Below are positions 27,671-36,114 of a stretch of 64,000 bases of DNA, piece by piece (position 1 is the first letter of the stretch; every line of letters begins with the position of its first letter). The DNA comes from Candidatus Daviesbacteria bacterium (GTDB lineage Bacteria > Patescibacteriota > Microgenomatia > Daviesbacterales > UBA10151). The notes below the pieces were generated by a model that searched no databases, was not told the origin of the DNA, and saw nothing but the letters and a program-made list of their open reading frames with translations. The stretch is taken from the NCBI GenBank assembly GCA_030699125.1, contig JAUYKM010000012.1:11159-75158 (forward strand), in the 5' to 3' direction. The translations under genes and the position numbers were made by a program.

Positions 27671-30016
27671 ATGGAAGTTACTCAAACACAAACTGGATTG
27701 GATTTTGTTTCGCTACTGATGATAATGGTGGCAGCCACAGCCTTAATTCTTCTCTCTATTGGCTTAATACTTTTTTTCCGTAAATTCTTAATAGGTTTTT
27801 TCAAATACAGACAAAGAGAAAAATCTTCTTTGCAGTTTGTACTGTTACAAATTAAAGTCCCCAGAGGCAATGAAATCAAAATTGATGCGGCAGAGCAGCT
27901 TTTTGCCACCTTTGCTTCTCTTAGAAAATCCGGCGGCATGCTCTCGTTTTTGGAGCCTCAACCTCATCTATCTTTTGAAATTGTAGCTGTTCATGAATCC
28001 ATCAGATTTTTTGTTTCCTGTCACATAAGCCATCAGGATCTTTTGGAAAAGCAGATTAACGGAGCCTATCCTGATGCGGAGGTCAAAGAGGTGCCGGAAT
28101 ATAATATTTTTTCGGAAACAGGTGAGACTGCCTATGCGCTTTTAAAACTTAAAAACGCAGATTATTTTCCCATAAAAACTTTCCGGGATCTGCCAACAGA
28201 TCCTTTATCTGCCATTACCTCAGCTTTGGCCAAGATGCAGCCGGGTGAGGGAGCGGCAGTGCAGCTGATGATCTCTCCCTCCGATGATAAGTGGAGAGAT
28301 CTGGGAAAGAAATGGTTAAAAAATGAAAAAGATCCTGGTAAGAGCGATAACCCTAAGCCTCCGCCTGATGCCAAACAACTGGAGGCAGTGGAGGGGAAAA
28401 CTTCCCGCGCTGGATTTAATGCAGCTGTCAGAATTGTAGTTTCTTCCACCACATCTTTGAGTGCCAAAGCTCACCTAACCAACATCAAAGCTACTTTTGA
28501 GCAATTTTCTGGGCCATACAATGGATTTTCCGGTGCCAAGATTTATTCTGAGAAAGGCTTTATGACTGATTTTATCTACCGTTATATGCCCAAATTTAGC
28601 AAGCCTGCGGTCTTAACTGCTGATGAGCTTTCTTCTATTTTTCATTTTCCCAACAAATCAGTGGAAACTCCATACGTGGACTGGCTCTCTTCCAAAAGAG
28701 CCCCGGCTCCGGAAAAAATCCCCACTTCAGGACTTTACCTGGGTAAATCTGTTTTTCGAGGAGTAGAAAGGCCGGTCTATCTTTCCGAAGATGACAGAAG
28801 AAGACATATGTATGTGATTGGCAGAACCGGCACCGGCAAAACCGAGTTTTTAAAAACCTTAATGCTGCAGGATATTTTGGCTGGCAAAGGCTTATGTTTT
28901 ATTGATCCGCACGGAGATGCAGCAGAGGAGATCCTGCAGCTGATTCCCCCTGAAAGAGCAGAAGATGTGATCTATTTTGATCCTTCGGATACTGCCCGCC
29001 CTTTTGGTTTAAACATGCTGGAAGCCTATACTGAAGAGCAGAAACACTTTGTGGTCTCATCCATCATTGGGCTGATGTATAAGCTGTTTGATCCCAACAA
29101 AACCGGTATTATCGGTCCCAGATTTGAACACGGGGTGAGAAATGCCATGCTCACTGCTATGTCCGCTGAGGGTGCTACTTTTGTGGAAGTAATGCGTATT
29201 ATGACTGATGCTGCTTTTGTGCAGGAGCTGTTGCCTAAAGTCAGCGATCCGGTGGTTCGCCGCTACTGGACAGACCAGATTGCCCAAACTACTGACTTTC
29301 ACAAATCCGAGGTGCTGGATTACACTGTCTCCAAATTCGGCAGATTTGTGACCAATAGAATGATGAGAAATATTATTGGTCAGTCAAAGTCAGCTTTTGA
29401 TTTAAGGAAAGTAATGGATGAAGGGAAAATCCTGATTATGAATTTGTCCAAAGGTAGATTGGGCGAGGAAAACTCCAACTTTTTAGGCTTAATTCTGGTT
29501 CCTAAAATTCTGGCAGCTGCCATGAGCCGTTCCAACGTGCCGGAGGCCCAAAGAAAAGATTTTTATCTCTACGTTGATGAGTTTCAAAATTTTGCCACTG
29601 ATACTTTTGCCGATATTTTATCTGAGGCTCGTAAATATAGACTTAATTTAATTGTGGCCAATCAGTTTATTGGCCAGATTGGCGAGGATTTAAAAAATGC
29701 GGTATTTGGCAATGTGGGTACTTTGGTAGCATTCAGGGTAGGGGTGACAGATGCCAATTACCTGCAACATGAGTTTTCTCCGGTATTCTCAGAGGCGGAT
29801 CTGGTCAATGTGGAATCACCCCATGCCTACATTAAGACCATAGTTAAAGGAGAACCGGTGGTGCCGTTTTCTTTAGATACTACCAAGGATATGAATAAGT
29901 GGAGAGCTTTGCTTAAGCCTCAGGTAGGTCAAGCTATTAAAGAATTATCCAGATTAAAATATGGTAAGGATGCTCAGGTAGTGGAAGCAGATATTGTCCA
30001 GAGAGCAAGATTGTAG
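27671..30016 (+). CDS. TraD/TrwB/VirD4-like P-loop ATPase (T4SS coupling-protein-like) with an N-terminal TM segment and a ~350-aa unknown N-domain.
   Basis: Walker A IGRTGTGKTEF. Walker B LYVDEFQNFAT. C-terminal TraG-D_C-like ILSEARKYRLNLIVANQFIGQI. Confidence 0.65.
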   Translation: MEVTQTQTGLDFVSLLMIMVAATALILLSIGLILFFRKFLIGFFKYRQREKSSLQFVLLQIKVPRGNEIKIDAAEQLFATFASLRKSGGMLSFLEPQPHLSFEIVAVHESIRFFVSCHISHQDLLEKQINGAYPDAEVKEVPEYNIFSETGETAYALLKLKNADYFPIKTFRDLPTDPLSAITSALAKMQPGEGAAVQLMISPSDDKWRDLGKKWLKNEKDPGKSDNPKPPPDAKQLEAVEGKTSRAGFNAAVRIVVSSTTSLSAKAHLTNIKATFEQFSGPYNGFSGAKIYSEKGFMTDFIYRYMPKFSKPAVLTADELSSIFHFPNKSVETPYVDWLSSKRAPAPEKIPTSGLYLGKSVFRGVERPVYLSEDDRRRHMYVIGRTGTGKTEFLKTLMLQDILAGKGLCFIDPHGDAAEEILQLIPPERAEDVIYFDPSDTARPFGLNMLEAYTEEQKHFVVSSIIGLMYKLFDPNKTGIIGPRFEHGVRNAMLTAMSAEGATFVEVMRIMTDAAFVQELLPKVSDPVVRRYWTDQIAQTTDFHKSEVLDYTVSKFGRFVTNRMMRNIIGQSKSAFDLRKVMDEGKILIMNLSKGRLGEENSNFLGLILVPKILAAAMSRSNVPEAQRKDFYLYVDEFQNFATDTFADILSEARKYRLNLIVANQFIGQIGEDLKNAVFGNVGTLVAFRVGVTDANYLQHEFSPVFSEADLVNVESPHAYIKTIVKGEPVVPFSLDTTKDMNKWRALLKPQVGQAIKELSRLKYGKDAQVVEADIVQRARL

Positions 30017-30021
30017 AGAGT

Positions 30022-30091
30022 AGGCCCGGAAGGAATCGAACCCTCGTAAAGTGTGTATAAGACACTCGCTCTACCATTGAGCTACGGGCCT
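30022..30091 (-). tRNA. tRNA with anticodon UAU (Ile, AUA-decoding).
   Basis: Reverse complement folds as AGGCCCG-TA-GCTC-AATGGTA-GAGC-G-AGTGT-CTTATAC-ACACT-TTAC-GAGGG-TTCGATT-CCTTC-CGGGCCT-A. The 7-bp acceptor stem and 5-bp anticodon stem are all Watson-Crick; the 5-bp T-stem has one G-U. Confidence 0.75.
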
Positions 30092-30132
30092 GTAGGTGGA
30101 ATTATACCAAAACTTGACCCGCGGTTCTTCCT

Positions 30133-30996
30133 TTAAAGCTCTTCCAGCTTTACCTTAGATTCTCCGTTTTGGTTTTGGACAAATTGGAGGTAGCGTTCAG
30201 TGGTGGATAGTCTTTTGTGCCCGGCCAGCTTGGACACCATGGTTAAGGGAACTCCTGCTTGCAGCTGGTGAGCCACCCAGGTGTGTCTTAAATCATTAAC
30301 TTTAGCTTCCTTGATGCCGGCAATTCTAAAATATCTATCAATTGCTGTCCTGATATTTCTGATCAGTAGGGGTCTGCCGGTTTTGGTGATAAAAAGAGCA
30401 TGTGAGGGGGTTTTGGGACGCACTTCCAGATATTTAGTTATGGCATCAGCTGCAGCTCTATTTAAAGGAATAGTTCTTTCATTTGAGCCTTCAAATTTAG
30501 GCACAGATAAGTTGCCACCATCCAAATTGATGTCTTCAACTCGCAGTTGGGCTAGTTCCCCAATCCTAATGCCGCTTTGCAGTAAAAGCTCAATTACAGC
30601 CAGCATTCTGGTATCAGATCTGGCAGCATCTCTTAAAGCTCTATATTCGAGCTTGGTGAGAATCCTGGGGGGTTTGTTTTCAAATTTCGGATGCTCCAAA
30701 GAATTGGCCGGATCCTCTGTTATATAGCCTTGAGCTTTTAAGAACTTGAAAAAAGTTTTAGTGGAATTGGTTTTTCGAGAGATAGATTTGGCAGTATAGG
30801 TCTCTTTGGATAGTTTTTCCATAAAGGATTGGAGATCTTCCAGACTGACTTGAGCCACATCATTTTTACCGGCAGCTTTGAGATACTCATTCAGTTGCTC
30901 AATATCCTTGCCATAAGCTAAGATAGTAGCTGAGGATCTTGATTTTTCCTTAAGATGGGCAAGAAATTGTTTATGGGCATCCTCTAAATTAGCCAT
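30133..30996 (-). CDS. Tyrosine recombinase (XerC/XerD-like integrase).
   Basis: C-terminal RHTWVAHQL...LAGHKRLSTTERYLQ (R..H..Y catalytic pattern). N-terminal core-binding domain. Confidence 0.85.
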   Translation of the reverse strand: MANLEDAHKQFLAHLKEKSRSSATILAYGKDIEQLNEYLKAAGKNDVAQVSLEDLQSFMEKLSKETYTAKSISRKTNSTKTFFKFLKAQGYITEDPANSLEHPKFENKPPRILTKLEYRALRDAARSDTRMLAVIELLLQSGIRIGELAQLRVEDINLDGGNLSVPKFEGSNERTIPLNRAAADAITKYLEVRPKTPSHALFITKTGRPLLIRNIRTAIDRYFRIAGIKEAKVNDLRHTWVAHQLQAGVPLTMVSKLAGHKRLSTTERYLQFVQNQNGESKVKLEEL

Positions 30997-31044
30997 ATGG
31001 CTGATATTTTAAGTTTATAGGATAGAATTGTCAAGAGTTAAGTT

Positions 31045-31398
31045 ATGAGAAGAAAAACTGTTATTGTATTAATAATTATAATTCTAAGCGCAATTTTCTA
31101 TTATTTGATCAGTCAGATTGTAGGCGCTTTAAAATCTTCAGATAGATTGAGCCAGGCAGCAGATCAAGTTTATCAGCTGGAGGCAAAAAACAGACAATTG
31201 AAAGAGGAGTTAAAAAAGATTCAATCTCCTGAATATATTGAAGAACAGTTAAGAGATAAACTGGGGCTATCCAAAAAAGGCGAGACAGTGGTGGTTATTC
31301 CGGAGAAAAAAATCAAAGAGGTTTTGGGGGCCTCAGAATCCTCTCAAGAAGTCAGATTACCCAATTGGTTGGGGTGGCTGAGAGTATTCTTTAGATAA
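31045..31398 (+). CDS. FtsB/DivIC-like septum formation initiator.
   Basis: TM segment, coiled-coil and LGLSKKGE motif. Confidence 0.55.
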   Translation: MRRKTVIVLIIIILSAIFYYLISQIVGALKSSDRLSQAADQVYQLEAKNRQLKEELKKIQSPEYIEEQLRDKLGLSKKGETVVVIPEKKIKEVLGASESSQEVRLPNWLGWLRVFFR

Positions 31399-31467
31399 TT
31401 TGTGTCTGCACTGAGCGAGTCCCGATTTATCGGGACGAGTCGAAGTGTTACGGGAAACTGTTAGAAA

Positions 31468-31743
31468 CTATTTCTTTCTATAGACCTCATCATGGGTACC
31501 TATTTTGAAGAAATAGATAGTCTCATTTTCTTTATATAACATTCGATAGCTCTTATCAATAGAAATACTCCATATGCTTAAGTTATCACGTCTTTTGATT
31601 TTATGAAGACGGAGTGATTTACTGCGGGAATTGTTTATGAATAAATATAATTGTTTCTGAATTCTGTTGTATAAACTCACATTCTGACGTTGAATTTCCT
31701 TTAGTTTTTTATCTACATCAGGACTAAATTTAAGAGGTTTCAC
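31468..31743 (-). CDS. RelE/ParE-family toxin.
   Basis: ...LHKIKRRDNLSIWSISIDKSYRMLY...IYFFKIGTHDEVY pattern. ATGA overlap with the upstream antitoxin. Confidence 0.65.
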   Translation of the reverse strand: MKPLKFSPDVDKKLKEIQRQNVSLYNRIQKQLYLFINNSRSKSLRLHKIKRRDNLSIWSISIDKSYRMLYKENETIYFFKIGTHDEVYRKK

Positions 31744-32003
31744 AGATTCTTAAAGAATTTATCCAATTCTTCTTTACTAGTGATTGTGATAGCTTTATCT
31801 TTTTCCTTTAAGGCTTTTTTTAAGGCTCGTTCAGATTTATCAGAGAGCTCGAAAGTAGGGTAATCCATATCTTCTACGTCTTTTAACATTAGATGTTTAA
31901 TATAGCCTGCCAAAGGCATGCCGAATTTGTCGGCTTTGCTTTCCAGATAATCTTTGAGAGCTAGAGGTAAATTTAATTTAATTTGTGCCTGTTGAGTAAT
32001 CAT
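31740..32003 (-). CDS. Cognate antitoxin (family uncertain).
   Basis: 87 aa. 4-nt overlap with the toxin gene. Confidence 0.5.
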   Translation of the reverse strand: MITQQAQIKLNLPLALKDYLESKADKFGMPLAGYIKHLMLKDVEDMDYPTFELSDKSERALKKALKEKDKAITITSKEELDKFFKNL

Positions 32004-32080
32004 AAAGCTAGTATATCACCAATTTCAGGACTTTTCAAGGACTAAAATATAATGTTGCGGGGATGGAATGATGTTAGAAT

Positions 32081-32458
32081 TTATTTTGCTTCTTCCCGTG
32101 CATAAATTACATCTGTCTGCGGAACAATGTGTGAAAGCTCAACTCCTTCTTGAAGTTCTTGTATGTTTATTAATCTAAAATCAAAATCCACATCCGCTGA
32201 TGTTTCTATACTTTGCAACACTTCCATCTCGGCTTGGTACACAGGATTCCTGTACATCATATCAAACGGTGGTGCGGATATAACAGTTAACAGACGGCGA
32301 CCTTCGCCTTCAAGAGATTTAGTATCGTAGACTGCCTGAACTTGTGGTAAATCTTTAACACGACTTATAAATGCACTTCTAACAGCTTCTGGAATTTGTG
32401 GATTTGGAAATTCAACCATAGACAGCAAGATTGTAGTTTCTTGTACGCTATATGTCAA
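32081..32458 (-). CDS. Hypothetical protein, 125 aa.
   Basis: ORF. Flanked on both sides by a ~33-nt repeat. Confidence 0.45.
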   Translation of the reverse strand: MTYSVQETTILLSMVEFPNPQIPEAVRSAFISRVKDLPQVQAVYDTKSLEGEGRRLLTVISAPPFDMMYRNPVYQAEMEVLQSIETSADVDFDFRLINIQELQEGVELSHIVPQTDVIYAREEAK

Positions 32459-32582
32459 TTAGCTTGTCCTAACAATCTAAACTACCACTGTGTCCCATAC
32501 CATACGGTATAGGACCATGAACTGTATGGTTCGTGGTTGCGGAGTGGGATGATGTTAGAAACTATTATTTTAACCGTTAACC

Positions 32583-33428
32583 TTATTGGTGGATTATCGT
32601 ACCGCCATTAAAGATTTGAATATCATCTAGTGAGACTACTATAGATCGCCACCCTGTTCCTGGATCATTAATAAAGTAAGTACCAGGTTTTACTCTAAAA
32701 TTATATGCTCCAGCTAAATCGGTTTTCGTAGTTTGAACAATAGTTTTTTTATCCTCCGAATACAAAGTTACAGGAAAATTAGTCAGCGTACCTGAATTAG
32801 AAAAAGTATTATTTTTCTCTACTTGAGAAAACATTTGACCAGTGATATCGCCAGTTGTAATAGGAGAGTTGGTAATAGAAGAGGCAATAAGTTGAAAGTT
32901 TGGATCATCCTCTGTCGTAGCTTGGGAAGCGTAGATTATGTAAGCAGCTTTCTCTGAATCCTCAAGATATAATATTTGAGTAGGTGATCCAGCACCGCCT
33001 CCACGAGATTTCACAAGAATTGCGTGTGTATTAATAATTTTAAACTCTGGTTGATCGTTAGCTGTTTGGTTTAATCGTTTTACATAGTTAGAAAATGATT
33101 CCTCCCGCTGCCTTTCAAAAGGATTTTGATCAAGCCAGTATTTAGCAAGGGTCACTGTATATCCAGTTCCTGCAGGACGACAATCATCCTTGAGACATTC
33201 TACATTGATAAATCCGTTACGATCATCATCGATATACCAACCCTCAGGAAGATTAAGGATAAAACCTAATGTTGTATTTATGTGTTGATTTTTCGGCTGG
33301 GATGGAGAAGTTGTAGAAGGGACTGTTTGGGATTCATTTAAATTAATTTTCCCAGAATAGACTAAATATCCACCAATTGCTGCAGCTACTAGCAGAACTA
33401 TTAAAAATGCATGTCCTTTTTGATTCAC
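32583..33428 (-). CDS. Hypothetical secreted/membrane-anchored protein with a C-terminal beta-sandwich-like region.
   Basis: N-terminal TM. Ser/Thr-rich stretches. Confidence 0.5.
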   Translation of the reverse strand: MNQKGHAFLIVLLVAAAIGGYLVYSGKINLNESQTVPSTTSPSQPKNQHINTTLGFILNLPEGWYIDDDRNGFINVECLKDDCRPAGTGYTVTLAKYWLDQNPFERQREESFSNYVKRLNQTANDQPEFKIINTHAILVKSRGGGAGSPTQILYLEDSEKAAYIIYASQATTEDDPNFQLIASSITNSPITTGDITGQMFSQVEKNNTFSNSGTLTNFPVTLYSEDKKTIVQTTKTDLAGAYNFRVKPGTYFINDPGTGWRSIVVSLDDIQIFNGGTIIHQ

Positions 33429-33513
33429 AAATTCAGTTTAACACTTTTGGATTAAAGGTTCTAACCATATCATCTAGTTGCTTAAATTTGAGGCTAGATG
33501 TATAATTTGCGGA

Positions 33514-34194
33514 TTAGATAGCTCTGCTTAATCCACTTATCCAGCCCCTAGTTTTATTGAGTAATTCACTACTCCTCCTCACCCTTACCCTTAAAATTCC
33601 ATAATAATCACCTCTATTAGAATAATCTCTAAGCCAAGTAGAACGATGATAGAAAGGTTTTTCAAATTGACCCAAAGGAATACCTGTTAATTTAACCCAG
33701 AATGATTTAATCTTCTCCGTTCGATCCTTATGTGTTTCATTAAACTCAGTACGTAGAATAAAATCTTCTCTTTTAACTTTCAATGCTTTTTCAAACCACT
33801 TAATAATAAATTTGATCATTTTAGGATCAGAATTACAAAATCCTAACCTACCTTCTTTAACACTTTTAAATCCTTCAGCCCAATAAAGCGCCAGACCTGT
33901 AAGAAAAAGTTCTTGTTCAGATAGAGATTTAATTTCAGCAATAGCTTCTTTTAAAATTTTTTTAACCCTTAATACTTTTTCCAGATGGCTTCTTCTTGCC
34001 AAACGTCTTAAATGTCTAACTCTTACTTTTCTTCTCTTTAGATTCTCTTTTTGCTTTTCTGTTAATTTAACTTCTTTACTCCATACAGCTACAATACTAA
34101 CACTTACTCCTAAAAGTTTTGCTATCTTTTTAATACTTTTACCAGTTTTTCTTAAAGCTATAGCCTTTTCGTATTCAATCTGTTTACGTTTCAT
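33514..34194 (-). CDS. HTH + LAGLIDADG-like (single-motif) homing-endonuclease-like protein.
   Basis: N-terminal resolvase-type HTH (IKKIAKLLGVSVSIV). LFLTGLALYWAEGFK resembles the LAGLIDADG motif. Confidence 0.45.
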   Translation of the reverse strand: MKRKQIEYEKAIALRKTGKSIKKIAKLLGVSVSIVAVWSKEVKLTEKQKENLKRRKVRVRHLRRLARRSHLEKVLRVKKILKEAIAEIKSLSEQELFLTGLALYWAEGFKSVKEGRLGFCNSDPKMIKFIIKWFEKALKVKREDFILRTEFNETHKDRTEKIKSFWVKLTGIPLGQFEKPFYHRSTWLRDYSNRGDYYGILRVRVRRSSELLNKTRGWISGLSRAI

Positions 34195-34262
34195 TGTACT
34201 TATTGATTATTGGGATGTATATCTATACTACAATCATTGTATTAATCTGTCAAGTATTTTAA

Positions 34263-34291
34263 TTGACATGCTGTCTCAAGAAAGCTACAAT
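34263..34291 (+). promoter_or_regulatory. Sigma70-type promoter TTGACA-N17-TACAAT about 7 nt upstream of the tRNA 5' end.
   Basis: Read directly: ttgaca tgctgtctcaagaaagc tacaat. Confidence 0.6.
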
Positions 34292-34297
34292 ATCGAA

Positions 34298-34617
34298 CGC
34301 GGGGAAGTGTAACGGCTGCACACGAGGCTCAATTTGGGCCCTCTAGTAGGTAACTATTAGAGAGAATCCAGCTCATAACGGTGAAAGGTCGGAATTTCGA
34401 CTCAATACCGTGGGAAGTCCTGAGTTTATCGAAGGACCCTGTAACGACTTAATAGCGAAGCTATCAAGCTTTGCTTATATTTCAGGTACCAGATAATCTG
34501 GATTTAAACTGAAATTATACGCTGGAGTCCGTAGTACTACGGACATGGTATAGTCTAATCTTTTGTTAACAAAAGAGCATAATCTTGAGGCAGCGGGTTC
34601 GACTCCCGCCCCCGCAA
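34298..34617 (+). tRNA. tRNA(CAU) (Met/fMet-type, C1:A72 end like initiator tRNA) interrupted between positions 33 and 34 by a ~248-nt intron.
   Basis: The 5' exon CGCGGGGAAGTGTAACGGCTGCACACGAGGCT (34298-34329) and 3' exon CATAATCTTGAGGCAGCGGGTTCGACTCCCGCCCCCGCAA (34578-34617) form a 72-nt cloverleaf with anticodon loop CUCAUAA. Confidence 0.75.
34330..34577 (+). ncRNA. Group I-like self-splicing intron in the tRNA anticodon loop.
   Basis: Follows U33 and ends in G. Candidate P1 (exon GAGGCU : intron GGGCCCUC, with U-G at the splice site). P4/P5-like GGGAAGUCC..GGACCC. P7-like GACUUAAU / UAUAGUC. 8-bp hairpin GUCCGUAG-UA-CUACGGAC in the P8 position. Confidence 0.6.
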
Positions 34618-34642
34618 CATGATTCTCTGTTAAAATAGCTTC

Positions 34643-34894
34643 ATGTGGTTTGTTTATGTGCTTTTGTGTAAAGATGGAACTTTTTATACCGGATCCACTA
34701 ATAATTTAGAAAAAAGATTTTCCGAACACAAAAATGGGAAAGGCGGTCATTATACCAGGTCTCACAAACCAATTAAAATAATGTATTCGGAACAACTACC
34801 GACTAAGTCAGCAGCCTTAAAGAGGGAAATAGAAATAAAAAAATGGAGGAGGAGTAAAAAGATACAAGCTCTAAATCTGATCAAATCCCCTTAA
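34643..34894 (+). CDS. GIY-YIG nuclease-family protein (YhbQ/UPF0213-like).
   Basis: VYVLLCKDGTFYTGSTNNLEKRFSEHKNGKG...YTR is a classic GIY-YIG core. Confidence 0.75.
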   Translation: MWFVYVLLCKDGTFYTGSTNNLEKRFSEHKNGKGGHYTRSHKPIKIMYSEQLPTKSAALKREIEIKKWRRSKKIQALNLIKSP

Positions 34895-34949
34895 TCCATT
34901 TGACAAATTGCCTGACTCTCAGACATGATAAGAATAAGGAATATTTCGG

Positions 34950-35345
34950 ATGAATAATCTTTTTCATAGAATTGCCATGAGAGTATCCAATATAGCAGGC
35001 TCGCCGCTCACTTTTATCTCCGCTTTTTTAATTATAGTTCTTTGGGCCTCCACCGGGTCATTATTTAACTTCTCAGATACCTGGCAGCTTGTTATTAATA
35101 CTTCCACCACCATTGTGACATTTTTAATGGTATTTTTGATTCAAAATACTCAAAATAGAGATTCCAAAGCCATCCATTTAAAGCTGGATGAACTATTAAG
35201 AGGGGTGAAAGGAGCGAGAACCGGCATGGTGGATGTGGAAGAATTGTCAGATGAGGATTTGGAAAAACTACACGAGGAATTTAGGGGCATGCATGAAAAA
35301 TATGCCAAGGAACTTCAAAGAAGAGGCAAAAAAATTGGCAGCTAA
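34950..35345 (+). CDS. Small 2-TM protein, low-affinity iron permease-like family (tentative).
   Basis: TM hairpin then NRDSKAIHLKLDELLRGV. Confidence 0.4.
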   Translation: MNNLFHRIAMRVSNIAGSPLTFISAFLIIVLWASTGSLFNFSDTWQLVINTSTTIVTFLMVFLIQNTQNRDSKAIHLKLDELLRGVKGARTGMVDVEELSDEDLEKLHEEFRGMHEKYAKELQRRGKKIGS

Positions 35346-35367
35346 AATTAAGATTTCTTGACATAGG

Positions 35368-35976
35368 ATGCCTTTTATACATATGATTAAGTTAATGTCC
35401 AGAAAAAATAATCAGGCAGGAGTTATCAATCCCCTTACAGTTTTCATAGTAGTGATCTTGGCAGGAATTTTAGTCTCTGCTAATATCCCCATTTCCAGAG
35501 AGTATATGGATGGCAAAAGTGGAGTGATGGGAGAGCATACTTCCAAAGGATTTCCCAGAGTGATTATGGATGGGGGGCAGAAAGGCTTTATCGTCAGCAC
35601 TGATGGAGCCGTAACAGATTTCCCCCTCACAGTTGATGAGGAAACAGGTACTTTGACTGTCACAACGCCGGCAGGTGAAAAAGTGGTAGCTGTTTTACCG
35701 GATGCAGCCATCAAAAATATGCTCTCCGCCAAAGTGATGAGTTATGTGACATCAGTTCCGGTAGAGGGGGAATTGGCCAGCACGGAAAAATTGATTAAAT
35801 TAGTGGAACAGGATGGGACACTTATCTATGAGATAGATGGAATAAAAGAACATAAACTCCTTGGATTGATTCCCCTCAAATCTAAAGTGAAAGCTTTTGT
35901 TTCAGCTGAAAATGGGCAAGTAGTAAGAAGCGAGACATCTCTTCTGGGTAGAATCCTCAATAGAATTGCTCCCTAA
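35368..35976 (+). CDS. Hypothetical secreted protein.
   Basis: The C-terminal ~50 aa is alignable to the C-terminus of the 60816 protein (AFVSAENGQVV vs GYVSAETGILL). Confidence 0.5.
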   Translation: MPFIHMIKLMSRKNNQAGVINPLTVFIVVILAGILVSANIPISREYMDGKSGVMGEHTSKGFPRVIMDGGQKGFIVSTDGAVTDFPLTVDEETGTLTVTTPAGEKVVAVLPDAAIKNMLSAKVMSYVTSVPVEGELASTEKLIKLVEQDGTLIYEIDGIKEHKLLGLIPLKSKVKAFVSAENGQVVRSETSLLGRILNRIAP

Positions 35977-36003
35977 GGTTTTTTCTAGTACAATTGAGCG
36001 TAC

Positions 36004-36074
36004 GGCAGTGTAGCTTAACGGCAAAGCGGTGCCCTCATAAAGCACGGATAGAGGTCCGACTCCTCTCATTGCCA
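36004..36074 (+). tRNA. tRNA(CAU) (elongator Met or Ile2-type, G1-C72).
   Basis: GGCAGTG-TA-GCTT-AACGGCA-AAGC-G-GTGCC-CTCATAA-AGCAC-GGAT-AGAGG-TCCGACT-CCTCT-CATTGCC-A. One C31:A39 mismatch. -10 TACAAT at ~35989. Confidence 0.75.
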
Positions 36075-36114
36075 CAAAGTAAGTGAAAAGTGTAAAGTTA
36101 AAAGTGCAAAGTCT

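Noticed and set aside
34298-34617. tmRNA or RNase P RNA as an explanation for the ~320-nt region with tRNA-like ends
   Set aside because: No tag-peptide reading frame ending in ...AA-stop, no tmRNA 5' UUCGAC D-analog, and no RNase P GGAAAGUCCGG/P4 signatures. The two ends instead reconstitute a complete 72-nt tRNA with anticodon CAU once 248 nt are removed.
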